From positions 43,622-75,621 of the forward strand of contig DAOOON010000001.1 in assembly GCA_035387745.1 (NCBI GenBank): DNA of 32,000 nt. Reading direction: 5' to 3'. The notes below the pieces were generated by a model. That model had not been told where the DNA came from, ran no database searches, and was given only the letters and a program-made list of their open reading frames with translations. Both the position numbers and the translations under genes were made by a program. Source of the DNA: an archaeon. GTDB lineage: Archaea > Iainarchaeota > Iainarchaeia > Iainarchaeales > CSSED10-239. Every line of letters starts with the position of its first letter. Position 1 is the stretch's first letter. Shown piece by piece: positions 7,794 through 16,855 of the stretch.

Positions 7794-8510
7794 ATGATAT
7801 CTACAAAAAATACAAATCTATTAACTAAAAGCTTAGAAACTATAACCCCATTAATTCAGGAAACAAATGTTAGGTTTAAAGATGAAGGCATATATATCAA
7901 AGCAATAGATAAGACACAGATTCTTCTAGTGGACTTTTTCATGTCAAAAAAGGCCTTTGATACTTATGCAGTTGAACCAAGCCTTGTAGGTCTAAATATT
8001 CTAGAATTAAAAAACATGCTTTCTCGTTCATTTGGTGAAGACAAGTTACAACTAAATCTTAAAGATCAAGGACTGGATGTGTATTTGCTAGGTAAAATTG
8101 AAAGAAAATTTTATCTGTCTTTTCTAGATCTTTCAGAACAAAACATTAATCTCCCAGAGATAAGATACGAGGTTGAGTTTAATATTGCTGCCGGTCTTTT
8201 AAAAGAAATATTAACAGACATTAATCTTGTAGCTTCGACCATAATTTTTAAGATAAATGATGGAAAATTAATAATAGAAGCAACCGGAGAAAAAGGGAAT
8301 ATCAAAACAACACTTCCAGAGATAAAAGTAAAATCTAAGAAAAACTTCTCTGCAAAGTTTTCTTTGTCTTTTTTAAGAAACATAGTTAAATCTATGGATA
8401 ATGATAAAGTGTTATTAATAAAGCTTGCTGAAGATGTTCCAATATATATAGAATACACTCTAAGTAAAGATTGTATAATAAAGTTCTATTTAAGTTCTAT
8501 GTTAATCTAG
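7794..8510 (+). CDS. pcn: DNA polymerase sliding clamp (PCNA)
   Basis: The 238-aa size and the pattern VRFKDEGIYIKAIDKTQILLVDFFMSKKAFDTY ... FSLSFLRNIVK are typical of archaeal PCNA. Confidence 0.8.
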   Translation: MISTKNTNLLTKSLETITPLIQETNVRFKDEGIYIKAIDKTQILLVDFFMSKKAFDTYAVEPSLVGLNILELKNMLSRSFGEDKLQLNLKDQGLDVYLLGKIERKFYLSFLDLSEQNINLPEIRYEVEFNIAAGLLKEILTDINLVASTIIFKINDGKLIIEATGEKGNIKTTLPEIKVKSKKNFSAKFSLSFLRNIVKSMDNDKVLLIKLAEDVPIYIEYTLSKDCIIKFYLSSMLI

Positions 8511-8519
8511 AGACAAAAA

Positions 8520-9050
8520 ATGAATTCTATTAAAAAATTTAATTTTAAAACAAAAAACGAGTTTCATCAATTTATAATAAAACACACACGTTTTTTAGCA
8601 GATTTAATAGATATACAAAATTATTCAGGAATCGACTATAATTTTAATAAAGACGGGCTTTATAAATTTTTAAAAGCTGATTTTAAAAAAGGGGGGTCTG
8701 TTTTTTTAATATATGACGGTAAAGACCCAATTGGTGCGATTTATGGTTATAATAATGTCTATGGTGATCGCGAATTTACTTTAAGTTTCTTTGCAATAAA
8801 AAAAGAATATCAAAGAAAAGGATTTGGCAAAAAATTATTGAAATTTGCATACGACGAATTATTAAATACTCAAGGTTATAAAAATGTCTGCATGTTTAGT
8901 TCTTCAGGCACAAGAGCAATAAATAAACAGATTAGTGGTTTAAAAAATAATGGGAAATTAAAGCCTGGCCCTAAATCATATAAATTAGATAGCACACACG
9001 GAACAGATAAAGTTTATTTAATACCAAAACCAAGGCACATACTAAAATAG
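8520..9050 (+). CDS. GNAT-family N-acetyltransferase
   Basis: An acetyl-CoA binding motif, QRKGFGKKLLKFAY (Q/RxxGxG/A), is present. The 176-aa size fits the family. Confidence 0.7.
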   Translation: MNSIKKFNFKTKNEFHQFIIKHTRFLADLIDIQNYSGIDYNFNKDGLYKFLKADFKKGGSVFLIYDGKDPIGAIYGYNNVYGDREFTLSFFAIKKEYQRKGFGKKLLKFAYDELLNTQGYKNVCMFSSSGTRAINKQISGLKNNGKLKPGPKSYKLDSTHGTDKVYLIPKPRHILK

Positions 9051-9057
9051 AAAAATT

Positions 9058-9750
9058 ATGTCAAGACCTATTAGACCAATGGGCCCGATGCTTAAGGGGG
9101 GTTATTCCGAAAGATTAACTAAAAGAGTTTCAAGAAAGAAAACAAATACCGTAAAACCAATAAAATTCAACAAACCATATCTTTCTGATTACGATACAAG
9201 ACTTATAAAGTTTAGATTTGCGTTTGAAAATAAATATGGTTTTAATATCTTTAAAACAAAAGGACAAGAGCTTCACGTTTTCTTACCAATGACATCTATG
9301 TCTCCTCAAGGTTATCTATTAAAATCCTTTTTTGAACAGACTCTGCCACAAGCAAGAGTTACATTTCTAGTAACTCCAAAGACTGATGCGCTAGCAAAAA
9401 CAAAAGATTCCGAATTTAGAAGAAAGGCTTTAGATAATTTAGAAAATAATTTAAGAAGGTCTCTTAATATACATGACAAATACTTTGTGTGTTTTGATTA
9501 TATTGACACAGGAAAAACCCAAATAAACATTATGCAAGCATTAAACAAAATATATAACAGAGAAGTAAACTATATGGCCGTAAAATCGCCAGAAGGTGGG
9601 GCAGTAACAACTCACCTAAAAGAAACAGACGGTAGTTCTATAAGGCTATACCATTCAAAAGCAAAAACTAAAAACATAATACAAGAACATTATAACGCAG
9701 GCATGGAACTATCCAGAAAAAAACAATTCATGTTAAAGTTATTAGAATAA
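9058..9750 (+). CDS. Hypothetical protein with a basic N-terminus
   Basis: A 230-aa ORF lying 8 nt after the GNAT gene. It contains YFVCFDYIDTGKTQ, a beta-strand/Asp/Gly-rich loop motif. No family recognised. Confidence 0.55.
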   Translation: MSRPIRPMGPMLKGGYSERLTKRVSRKKTNTVKPIKFNKPYLSDYDTRLIKFRFAFENKYGFNIFKTKGQELHVFLPMTSMSPQGYLLKSFFEQTLPQARVTFLVTPKTDALAKTKDSEFRRKALDNLENNLRRSLNIHDKYFVCFDYIDTGKTQINIMQALNKIYNREVNYMAVKSPEGGAVTTHLKETDGSSIRLYHSKAKTKNIIQEHYNAGMELSRKKQFMLKLLE

Positions 9751-9754
9751 AGAT

Positions 9755-11692
9755 TTATACTAATTTAATAGCATAAGTCTTATTTATTCTTTTTATTAAT
9801 TCTTCTTTCTTTATAGAGTCTTTAAATGCATGAAGTATTACTTCCCAAATTGTTTTAACCGGAATAATTTCTAGATCTTTAGCTACTTCTGGAGAAAGAA
9901 CCAAGTCTTCTTTGTTTGATTCGGGAATTATAACTTTTTTTATTTTTGCGTTTTTTGCAGCATTAACTTTAGCAGTAACTCCCCCTATTGGTAAAACGTC
10001 TCCTCTAATAGAAAGCGAACCAGTCATTGCTATATCTTGCTTAATTGGAATATTTTCAAGAACCGAAATAATTGCTGTAGCAATAGAAATAGACGCCGAG
10101 TCTCCTTCAACATTATAGGTTTGTAAAAACTGCACATGTATGTCATAGTTAGAGATGTCTTTGCCTGTTAATTTCTTAATGATTGCAGAAACATTTTCTA
10201 CTGATTCTTTAGCTATGTTTCCAAGTTGTCCGGTTGCTATGATTCTGCCTTCGTTTTTTGAAGCAGCAGGAGTTATTTCACACTCTATTGGTAAAAGAAG
10301 CCCAGCATCGCTTTCATTCATGACAGCTAGGCCATTAACTCTCCCAACAGAGTATCCTGTGGTTTTAAAGATATCATAGTCTTTCTTAACAATCATCATC
10401 TTGTTAACCATTTGTTCTTCAAGAGTCTTTGCTGTGCTTTTTGCTTTAATAACTAAATCTCTTGTTACAAGTTTTTTGTTTTCTTCTAAAGCCAAGTCTC
10501 CCGAAGCTCTAATAAGTCCACCTAGTTCTCTTAGTTTTAATGTTAGGCTATTCTTTCTTGTTGCTCTCTTTCTTGCTTCAAAGATTATTTCATCAACTGC
10601 TTCTTTAGAAAAATGTGGAATCTTTTTATCTTTTGAAATTTCTTGAGCAACAAATTGCACAATTTTGTTTCTATTCTCGGCAGAGTCTGTCATATCTATA
10701 TTCATATGGCATTCATATCCTGAACCTCTGATTCTTGATCTGATTGCAGGATGCACTTTTTCAAGGTCGATATAATTTCCTGCAGCTACAAGTATAAAGT
10801 CACATGGAGCAGGAGTGGTTCTGACCATTGCGCCGCTTGACATTTCGGATTGTCCAGTAATACTAAATTTTTTTTCTTGTAATATAGTTAATAAGTCTTG
10901 TTGTGATTTTGGTGAAAGTGCAGAGATTTCATCAATAAATAATACTCCTCCATTTGCTTTGTGAATCATTCCAGGAACTACTCTCATATGTGCAGGTGTT
11001 CCAAGGCCTCCAGATTGTAACGGATCATGTAAAACGTCTCCTAGTAAAGCCCCTGCTTTAGCACCAGTTGCATCAATAAAAGGAACTTCTTTCCTATTTC
11101 GATTATCAATAATAATTTTAGGAATAAGTGCTCTTTCTTTTTGCATCATCTGCATGCTTATAGAAGTTGAGACCATTAAAAATCCAGATAAAAGAAGCAT
11201 TGCTGCAAACACAACGTCTGGAACCCATCCAAGTCTCCAAAAAACAATAGAAATTATTAGCCAGATTGTTGGAAGAAAAAACCCAATTATTCTTCCTGCG
11301 CCCATTTGTCTTGCTACTTCAATTTTTGTGGCATCAGTTATTTTTTTACCGTCTCCTGCAGGAACTTCTACAATTTTAGGGGTGTGAGAGTCTTCGTCAT
11401 TAGGATAACACATGATATCTGTAAGCTTGTTTGTTGGCATTAATTCTGCAAGTGCCGAAGCAATCATTGATTTACCGGTCCCAGGAGCACCAATAAGCAT
11501 TATGTGTCTTTTTTGGCCAGCAACCTTTTTTATAAGATTGATAGAAGCATCTTGCCCAATAACCTGATCAATCATTTTTTTTGGGATTTCTATTTCGCTC
11601 GTATCATTATAAATAAGTTCTTTAACATCATTTTTTGCTTCTGCCTTTGTCTTTGTTTTATTTTGATTTTTTTTTGGCATTAATTCCACCAT
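9755..11692 (-). CDS. lonB: Archaeal membrane-bound Lon protease (LonB)
   Basis: Walker A is GAPGTGKS. Two TM helices are inserted in the AAA+ module ([18 protein letters not shown]...[15 protein letters not shown]). The protease Ser lies in [10 protein letters not shown] and the Lys in GGVTAKV. Confidence 0.92.
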   Translation of the reverse strand: MVELMPKKNQNKTKTKAEAKNDVKELIYNDTSEIEIPKKMIDQVIGQDASINLIKKVAGQKRHIMLIGAPGTGKSMIASALAELMPTNKLTDIMCYPNDEDSHTPKIVEVPAGDGKKITDATKIEVARQMGAGRIIGFFLPTIWLIISIVFWRLGWVPDVVFAAMLLLSGFLMVSTSISMQMMQKERALIPKIIIDNRNRKEVPFIDATGAKAGALLGDVLHDPLQSGGLGTPAHMRVVPGMIHKANGGVLFIDEISALSPKSQQDLLTILQEKKFSITGQSEMSSGAMVRTTPAPCDFILVAAGNYIDLEKVHPAIRSRIRGSGYECHMNIDMTDSAENRNKIVQFVAQEISKDKKIPHFSKEAVDEIIFEARKRATRKNSLTLKLRELGGLIRASGDLALEENKKLVTRDLVIKAKSTAKTLEEQMVNKMMIVKKDYDIFKTTGYSVGRVNGLAVMNESDAGLLLPIECEITPAASKNEGRIIATGQLGNIAKESVENVSAIIKKLTGKDISNYDIHVQFLQTYNVEGDSASISIATAIISVLENIPIKQDIAMTGSLSIRGDVLPIGGVTAKVNAAKNAKIKKVIIPESNKEDLVLSPEVAKDLEIIPVKTIWEVILHAFKDSIKKEELIKRINKTYAIKLV

Positions 11693-11766
11693 TAGTAAAA
11701 AATAGTATTTAATATATATTTAGTGTTCCAAATTGCTTAAAAACATATTTATACCTATATATTATT
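11693..11766. promoter_or_regulatory. Divergent promoter region (lonB leftward, rnz rightward)
   Basis: This AT-rich spacer carries TATA-like ATATTTATAC about 15-25 nt upstream of the rnz ATG. That spacing suggests a leaderless or very short-leader mRNA. Confidence 0.25.
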
Positions 11767-12705
11767 ATGTCTAACAAAATAAAAGTGTTTTTTTTAGGAA
11801 ATTCGGCTTCTTTGCCAACAGCAGAGCGAAATCTATCTTCTATGCTAATAAATTATAATGGTCAAAACTATTTGTTTGATTGCCCAGAGAATTGTCAGCA
11901 ACAGATTATGAGGTCAAAACAAAGTATAATGAAAATTAATAATATTTTTTTATCTCATATGCACGGGGATCATTTTTTTGGCATTTTAGGGCTTCTTTCG
12001 AGTTTTAAATTAAATAACAGAATAGCACAACTTAATATATTTGTTCCAAAAAATGAGAAGAAGAACTTAGAACAATTAATAAAATTAACAATATATGATA
12101 AATATCCGCCAGAATATAAGATTAATATCGTAGAAGTTGAAAAAAATATTGCTTATCAGGATAAAGAAATAAAAGTAGAAGCAATTTCTCTAGACCACAC
12201 CACGCGAACAAACGGCTATATCTTTAAAGTAAAGGACAAGGTTGGTAAATTTAATAAAGAAAAAGCACTAAAACTAAAGATTCCAGAAGGGCCTCTATTT
12301 TCTCAGCTTCAGAAAGGCAAGAGCATAAAGCTAAAAGGAAAAACAATAAAACCAGAGATGGTAATGGATTATAAGTTTAAGAAGATTGGCAAGAAAATAG
12401 CATATCTTTGTGATACCCAAGTTTTAAAGAATATTCCAAAAGAGCTTATTGATATAGACATAATGGTCCATGAGTGCACTTTTTTTGTTGAAGATAAAGA
12501 TAAGGCAAGGCTTGTTAAACATGCAGTGGCTGAAGAGGTTCCAATATTTTCTAAAAAAGCAAAAGTTAAACATCTTTACTTAACTCACATATCTAGTAAA
12601 TATAATGATTTAGAAAAAAGAGAAAAGCAATTACAAAAGAAAAATAAAGGCCAAAAAATAAATATAGTTCACGGCTTAAAAGAAATAGAACTTAATGATT
12701 ATTAG
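11767..12705 (+). CDS. rnz: Ribonuclease Z (tRNA 3' processing)
   Basis: The metallo-beta-lactamase motif HMHGDHFFG is present. The N-terminus VFFLGNSASLPTAERNLSS and the 312-aa size fit RNase Z. Confidence 0.85.
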   Translation: MSNKIKVFFLGNSASLPTAERNLSSMLINYNGQNYLFDCPENCQQQIMRSKQSIMKINNIFLSHMHGDHFFGILGLLSSFKLNNRIAQLNIFVPKNEKKNLEQLIKLTIYDKYPPEYKINIVEVEKNIAYQDKEIKVEAISLDHTTRTNGYIFKVKDKVGKFNKEKALKLKIPEGPLFSQLQKGKSIKLKGKTIKPEMVMDYKFKKIGKKIAYLCDTQVLKNIPKELIDIDIMVHECTFFVEDKDKARLVKHAVAEEVPIFSKKAKVKHLYLTHISSKYNDLEKREKQLQKKNKGQKINIVHGLKEIELNDY

Positions 12706-12768
12706 GTATATTTTTAAACATATCTCTAAATAACATAAATACAATATAACATTAATTGGTGATTAAAG

Positions 12769-13728
12769 ATGGCAATAGCAAAAAGAGCAGCAAAAAGAAT
12801 TGCTCCAAAAACTTTGGAAAAAATGAGAAACAGAACTGCAGAAAAAGAAAGAATGAATGCAGAAAAAGAAAAAAACAAAATATTAAAATTAAAAGAATAT
12901 AGAGAAAAAACTCAAGAAGATTTACAATATGAAGCAAGATATGGTAAACTTTTAAGTAATTTAAGAAAGCAAAAGCGCTCAAAAATTGCAGATAAAGAAA
13001 GATTTACTCCTAAGATAGGTTTATCAGAAGCTGAGCGATCAAAAAACATGAGAAATATAACTCAAGAGAAGATTGATGCTTTAAAAAACAGAATAAATTC
13101 TATTGAAAATGCTTGGAAGCATTTAGAAAGCCAAAAATATGTTCCTGATAATAATAATCCACAAAAAGGAATGATTATTAGATTTCTAACAGAAGCAAAA
13201 ACTAAGAAACAGTGGAAAGAGAGGGGTTTTCAAGAAGGGCACATAGTTTCAGAAAAACAATATAAAGATGCATTAAATAGAAACAGATTAGCATATAATA
13301 CCGCAGTAAATGAATTGAACAGAGCAGAATTTTTATATTCTCTAAAAAGACAAGAAAGATGGTTGTCTGGTAAAAATGTAGGAGAATTTAAAGAAGCTCA
13401 CGCAAAGGCAATAGATGTTTTAGCACAAAGATATGAACGCGGACAAATTAATGGAGAAACTTTAAAAAAATTTATGTCTGTTTTAGATTCTTCAGTAAAT
13501 AGAACTCTTGAACAGCACAGAGTTTTAGAAAAAACAAAAGGTTCTGAATATTTTGATGCGCACTCAAGGGTTGCTGGGAAAGTGTTATTGTCTTTCATGA
13601 AAGAAGCAAATTTAAAGAACTTTAACGAGTCAGCAAAAAAGTTTGAATTAAAAATGAGTGCAATTGCGGGCACAATAGATAAACCAAATAGATCAGTAGA
13701 ATTAGAATGGCTTTATAAAAGATTATAA
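12769..13728 (+). CDS. Hypothetical Lys/Glu-rich, probably coiled-coil protein
   Basis: A 319-aa ORF with the strongly basic N-terminus MAIAKRAAKRIAPKTLEKMRNRTAEKER. No family recognised. Confidence 0.55.
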   Translation: MAIAKRAAKRIAPKTLEKMRNRTAEKERMNAEKEKNKILKLKEYREKTQEDLQYEARYGKLLSNLRKQKRSKIADKERFTPKIGLSEAERSKNMRNITQEKIDALKNRINSIENAWKHLESQKYVPDNNNPQKGMIIRFLTEAKTKKQWKERGFQEGHIVSEKQYKDALNRNRLAYNTAVNELNRAEFLYSLKRQERWLSGKNVGEFKEAHAKAIDVLAQRYERGQINGETLKKFMSVLDSSVNRTLEQHRVLEKTKGSEYFDAHSRVAGKVLLSFMKEANLKNFNESAKKFELKMSAIAGTIDKPNRSVELEWLYKRL

Positions 13729-14418
13729 TTATTTATATTTCCATTCTTTTCCAGGCTCAATCACTATTGGTTTAATAGTATACCTGGTGTTCTCAAATTT
13801 ATTTTTTAGAATATAAGGGTCTTGTTTTATATGAGCAAAAGTATTGTAGCTCATTGGTATTAGATATTTTGGTCGGATTTTTTTTGCAACACTAACTGCG
13901 CTACCAAGATCTAGTGTTGTTTTTCCACCAATCGGTAAAATTGCAATATCTGCTTTTATCTTGTCGTGCTCCTTTGTCATAAAAGTGTCTCCAGAAAAGT
14001 AAATGCTGTTTTTTTTATCAGCAATAAGATAACTCAATGGATAAAAAGACGTTGGGTGATGTGCAGGATATGCAGTATAATATATGTCGTTTATTGTTTT
14101 TGTCTTATATTCGTCCATAGACACTTTATAGTTTTCTCCGCAATCAATTTTATTTAGTACACTTCGGTGTGCAATTACTTTTGGTTTATTTTTTTTAACA
14201 ATAAGATTAGTATTTGCTATATCAAATGAATCAAAATGTTCGTGACTAATTAAAATGCTGTCTATTGAAGGTATGTTTGTCACTGGCATTGCGCAATCAA
14301 TAAGTCGTTTATAGCTGCATTTGTCGTTATTATCAAAATAAGGGTCAGTAAGTATATTATTTCCATTCATATTAATAATGAATGATGAATGTCCTAAATA
14401 TCTAATCTTAATCCCCAT
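13729..14418 (-). CDS. Metallo-beta-lactamase-fold hydrolase (UPF0173-like)
   Basis: The N-terminus MGIKIRYLGHSSFIINMNGNNILTDPYF matches the family. The metal motif is variant: SHEHFDS instead of HxHxDH. FSGDTF follows downstream. Confidence 0.7.
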   Translation of the reverse strand: MGIKIRYLGHSSFIINMNGNNILTDPYFDNNDKCSYKRLIDCAMPVTNIPSIDSILISHEHFDSFDIANTNLIVKKNKPKVIAHRSVLNKIDCGENYKVSMDEYKTKTINDIYYTAYPAHHPTSFYPLSYLIADKKNSIYFSGDTFMTKEHDKIKADIAILPIGGKTTLDLGSAVSVAKKIRPKYLIPMSYNTFAHIKQDPYILKNKFENTRYTIKPIVIEPGKEWKYK

Positions 14419-14543
14419 ATATAGATTAAAGTAAGTAATATATTTAAAGCAATCTTCTAAATTTAGTAATATGTCGTTTATATAAACATTTTTATACCAT
14501 ATATTACAATATACTATATAAATATTTATAGGAGAAGAAGAGA

Positions 14544-15353
14544 ATGGCTAAGAAACACATATTAATTGGGATATTATTTTTAGTTTTATTGATGCCAGTA
14601 TATGCAGTCTCCCTAAAAGACTTTGATATTTCTATTAACGTTTCTTCGCCAGATAAAGCAACAATAATTGAGACTTGGAATGTAGATGCCGGTTCTGAAG
14701 AAGAACTATCTGATTTTAAATCAGCTATTTTAAGAAACAGTGGGAATTTAGCAGAATTAAGGGAAATAAATCCAGATTTAAATCCACACATTTTTGTTGA
14801 TGAGATTAATATTAGAAATTTTGCAATATCTTTTGATGATTTCACCAAAAAAATAAGATTAGAATATACTATCGCGGATAAATGTCTAATTAATTTTCTG
14901 GATTATCAAGATCAAATAATTTGGGAGTTAAACAATCATCTATTTAATCAATTTATAATTACAGGGGTATTTAATATTCCAACAAATTCACAAATATCTA
15001 TTACTCTTTATGATCCACTATTGATAGGAGATGTCGTACCGACTGCGAAAATTACTGGGCGAACAATATTGTGGGGTGGCTCTTCATCAAATGAAATAAG
15101 AGTTCTTGCAATAGAAAAGAAACCACCAAAGCCAAGTTTTGTATTTTCTAATTTATTTTCTAAAGATTATCTTAATAAATCATATTTTACTGTTTTATTT
15201 ATTTTATTAATTATCGTTTTAATATTATTAATTTTTAAGAACAAAGTAAATTCCGGAATAAAAAAGTTTATTACCAAACATTCTGTAATAAAGCCAAGAA
15301 AACAAATAAACGACATTGTTGATTTTGATTTTGTTAGTAAAAAAAATAAATGA
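14544..15353 (+). CDS. Surface protein: N-terminal signal peptide, ectodomain, C-terminal TM anchor
   Basis: The signal-like N-terminus is MAKKHILIGILFLVLLMPVYA. A C-terminal TM segment reads YFTVLFILLIIVLILLIF. It lies 6 nt upstream of pheS. Confidence 0.6.
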   Translation: MAKKHILIGILFLVLLMPVYAVSLKDFDISINVSSPDKATIIETWNVDAGSEEELSDFKSAILRNSGNLAELREINPDLNPHIFVDEINIRNFAISFDDFTKKIRLEYTIADKCLINFLDYQDQIIWELNNHLFNQFIITGVFNIPTNSQISITLYDPLLIGDVVPTAKITGRTILWGGSSSNEIRVLAIEKKPPKPSFVFSNLFSKDYLNKSYFTVLFILLIIVLILLIFKNKVNSGIKKFITKHSVIKPRKQINDIVDFDFVSKKNK

Positions 15354-15359
15354 ATACTT

Positions 15360-16853
15360 ATGAATTTAAAATTTCAAGAATCAGACGCGATAGTTTATGA
15401 GTATCTAAAGGAGAACAAATCTGCAATGCTTGAAGAACTATTAAAAAATACAAACTATAATCAAGACTCTATAAGGCGCTCTATCGAAACTCTTAAATTA
15501 AATGGCGTAATTGAAGAAAACACAACAATTTCTTATATTTACGAATTAGACACAAATGGCAAATTGGCTTTAGAGAACGGCTTTATAGAAGAGTTATTCT
15601 GCAATTATATAAAAGATAAGAAAATAAAAGTTACTGAAATAAATAATCTAGAAATACCAAATTTAAATAAAGAAGACATAATTTTGGCCTTTGGTATTGC
15701 TAAAAGGAAAGAACTCATAGAAATAATTGACGGCACTCTAAAAACTAAAAAAGAAAGTAAAACACAAATTTCTAAACAAAAAGAAATGCTTTCAGATATT
15801 TCCTTAAAAAAACCAATTATAGAAAATTTAGATTTTCAAGAACTTCTAAAAAGAAAAAATTTTATTTTAAAAAAAGAAAAGCAAAACAAAGAGTATAAGC
15901 TATTACAGATTATAAGCTACAACATTATTTCAGATCAACAACTTTATTTGACGCCCGATATTTTAAAATCAGGAGAATACCGTAATATTAATTTCAAAGA
16001 GTTTGAGGTTACTGCTTTGCCTTTGCCAAAAGAGCAAGGCAGAATAAATCCTTTAAGACAAGTAATCTATCAAATAAGAGAATTATTTTTACAAATGGGT
16101 TTTAAAGAAATGCAAGGCCCATACATTGAAAGCTGTTTTTGGAATATGGATTCTATGTTTATTTCTCAAAATCATCCAGCAAGAGACATTCAAGACACTT
16201 TCTATTTAGATCTTTTCGGAGAATTACCTGCCGAAAGAAATTTAACTGCACAGATTGCAGAGATTCATAATAATGGCTGGAAAACCGGTTCAAAAGGCTA
16301 TCAGTATGAATGGAATTGCGAAGAATCTAAAAAATTAATATTAAGAACACACACCACCGCAACAACCTACAGAACTTTTTTTAATTTGTCTTCTGAAGAA
16401 AAAGACAATTCTAAATATTTTTGCATTGATAAAGTCTTTAGAAACGAAACAATAGATTTTACACATCTTCCTGAATTTCATCAAGCGGAAGGCTTTATTA
16501 TTGGAGACAACTTGTCTCTAGCTGATCTTTTAGCATTTATTAAAGAGTTTTTTTCAAAACTTGGAATAGAAAAAGTAAAATTCAAGCCAACCTATAATCC
16601 ATATACGGAACCGAGTGTTGAAGCAAGTGGTTATCAAGAAAGCACAGGTAAATGGATAGAATTAATTAATGCAGGAGTATTCAGACCAGAGTCTTTAGCA
16701 CCATATGGCATAGAAAAAACAGTTATTGCCTGGGGCCTTGGCGTTGAAAGACTAGCAATGTTACTATATCAAAAGCCAATAAAAGAGATTCATGGCGATG
16801 AAGAAAACATTGATTGGTTAAAGGAATATATAATACCAAAAAGAGAACTATAA
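15360..16853 (+). CDS. pheS: Phenylalanyl-tRNA synthetase alpha subunit (archaeal/eukaryotic type)
   Basis: Class II core motifs are present (HPARDIQDTFY, LRTHTTA, FRNETIDFTHLPEFHQAEG, GLGVERLAM). The protein is 497 aa with N-terminal winged-helix-like repeats. Confidence 0.95.
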   Translation: MNLKFQESDAIVYEYLKENKSAMLEELLKNTNYNQDSIRRSIETLKLNGVIEENTTISYIYELDTNGKLALENGFIEELFCNYIKDKKIKVTEINNLEIPNLNKEDIILAFGIAKRKELIEIIDGTLKTKKESKTQISKQKEMLSDISLKKPIIENLDFQELLKRKNFILKKEKQNKEYKLLQIISYNIISDQQLYLTPDILKSGEYRNINFKEFEVTALPLPKEQGRINPLRQVIYQIRELFLQMGFKEMQGPYIESCFWNMDSMFISQNHPARDIQDTFYLDLFGELPAERNLTAQIAEIHNNGWKTGSKGYQYEWNCEESKKLILRTHTTATTYRTFFNLSSEEKDNSKYFCIDKVFRNETIDFTHLPEFHQAEGFIIGDNLSLADLLAFIKEFFSKLGIEKVKFKPTYNPYTEPSVEASGYQESTGKWIELINAGVFRPESLAPYGIEKTVIAWGLGVERLAMLLYQKPIKEIHGDEENIDWLKEYIIPKREL

Positions 16854-16855
16854 AT

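Noticed and set aside
8520-9750. The GNAT gene plus its downstream gene, considered as a GNAT-toxin/antitoxin pair.
   Set aside because: Known GNAT toxin systems pair the acetyltransferase with a small upstream RHH/DUF1778 antitoxin. Here the partner is downstream, 230 aa long and has no DNA-binding motif. The genes also sit in an operon with PCNA.
12752-12982. Minus-strand 76-aa ORF rich in Phe/Leu, overlapping the start of ORF 12769-13728.
   Set aside because: It is the mirror image of the AAA/GAA-rich (Lys/Glu) 5' part of the plus-strand gene. That gene continues for 319 codons with non-repetitive sequence, so the hydrophobic look of this ORF is a compositional artefact.
14504-14848. Minus-strand 114-aa ORF overlapping the 5' end of the surface-protein gene 14544-15353.
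   Set aside because: The plus-strand frame has a clean signal peptide, is 269 aa long and leads directly into pheS. The antisense frame has no motifs and would leave no room for a promoter for the plus-strand operon.
16814-16855. The ORF-track N-terminal extension of pheT (MVKGIYNTKKRTIN), which overlaps the pheS 3' end.
   Set aside because: The extension lies entirely within pheS coding sequence. The ATG at 16856 gives the conserved PheT N-terminus (MATIELNF...) just 2 nt after the pheS stop.
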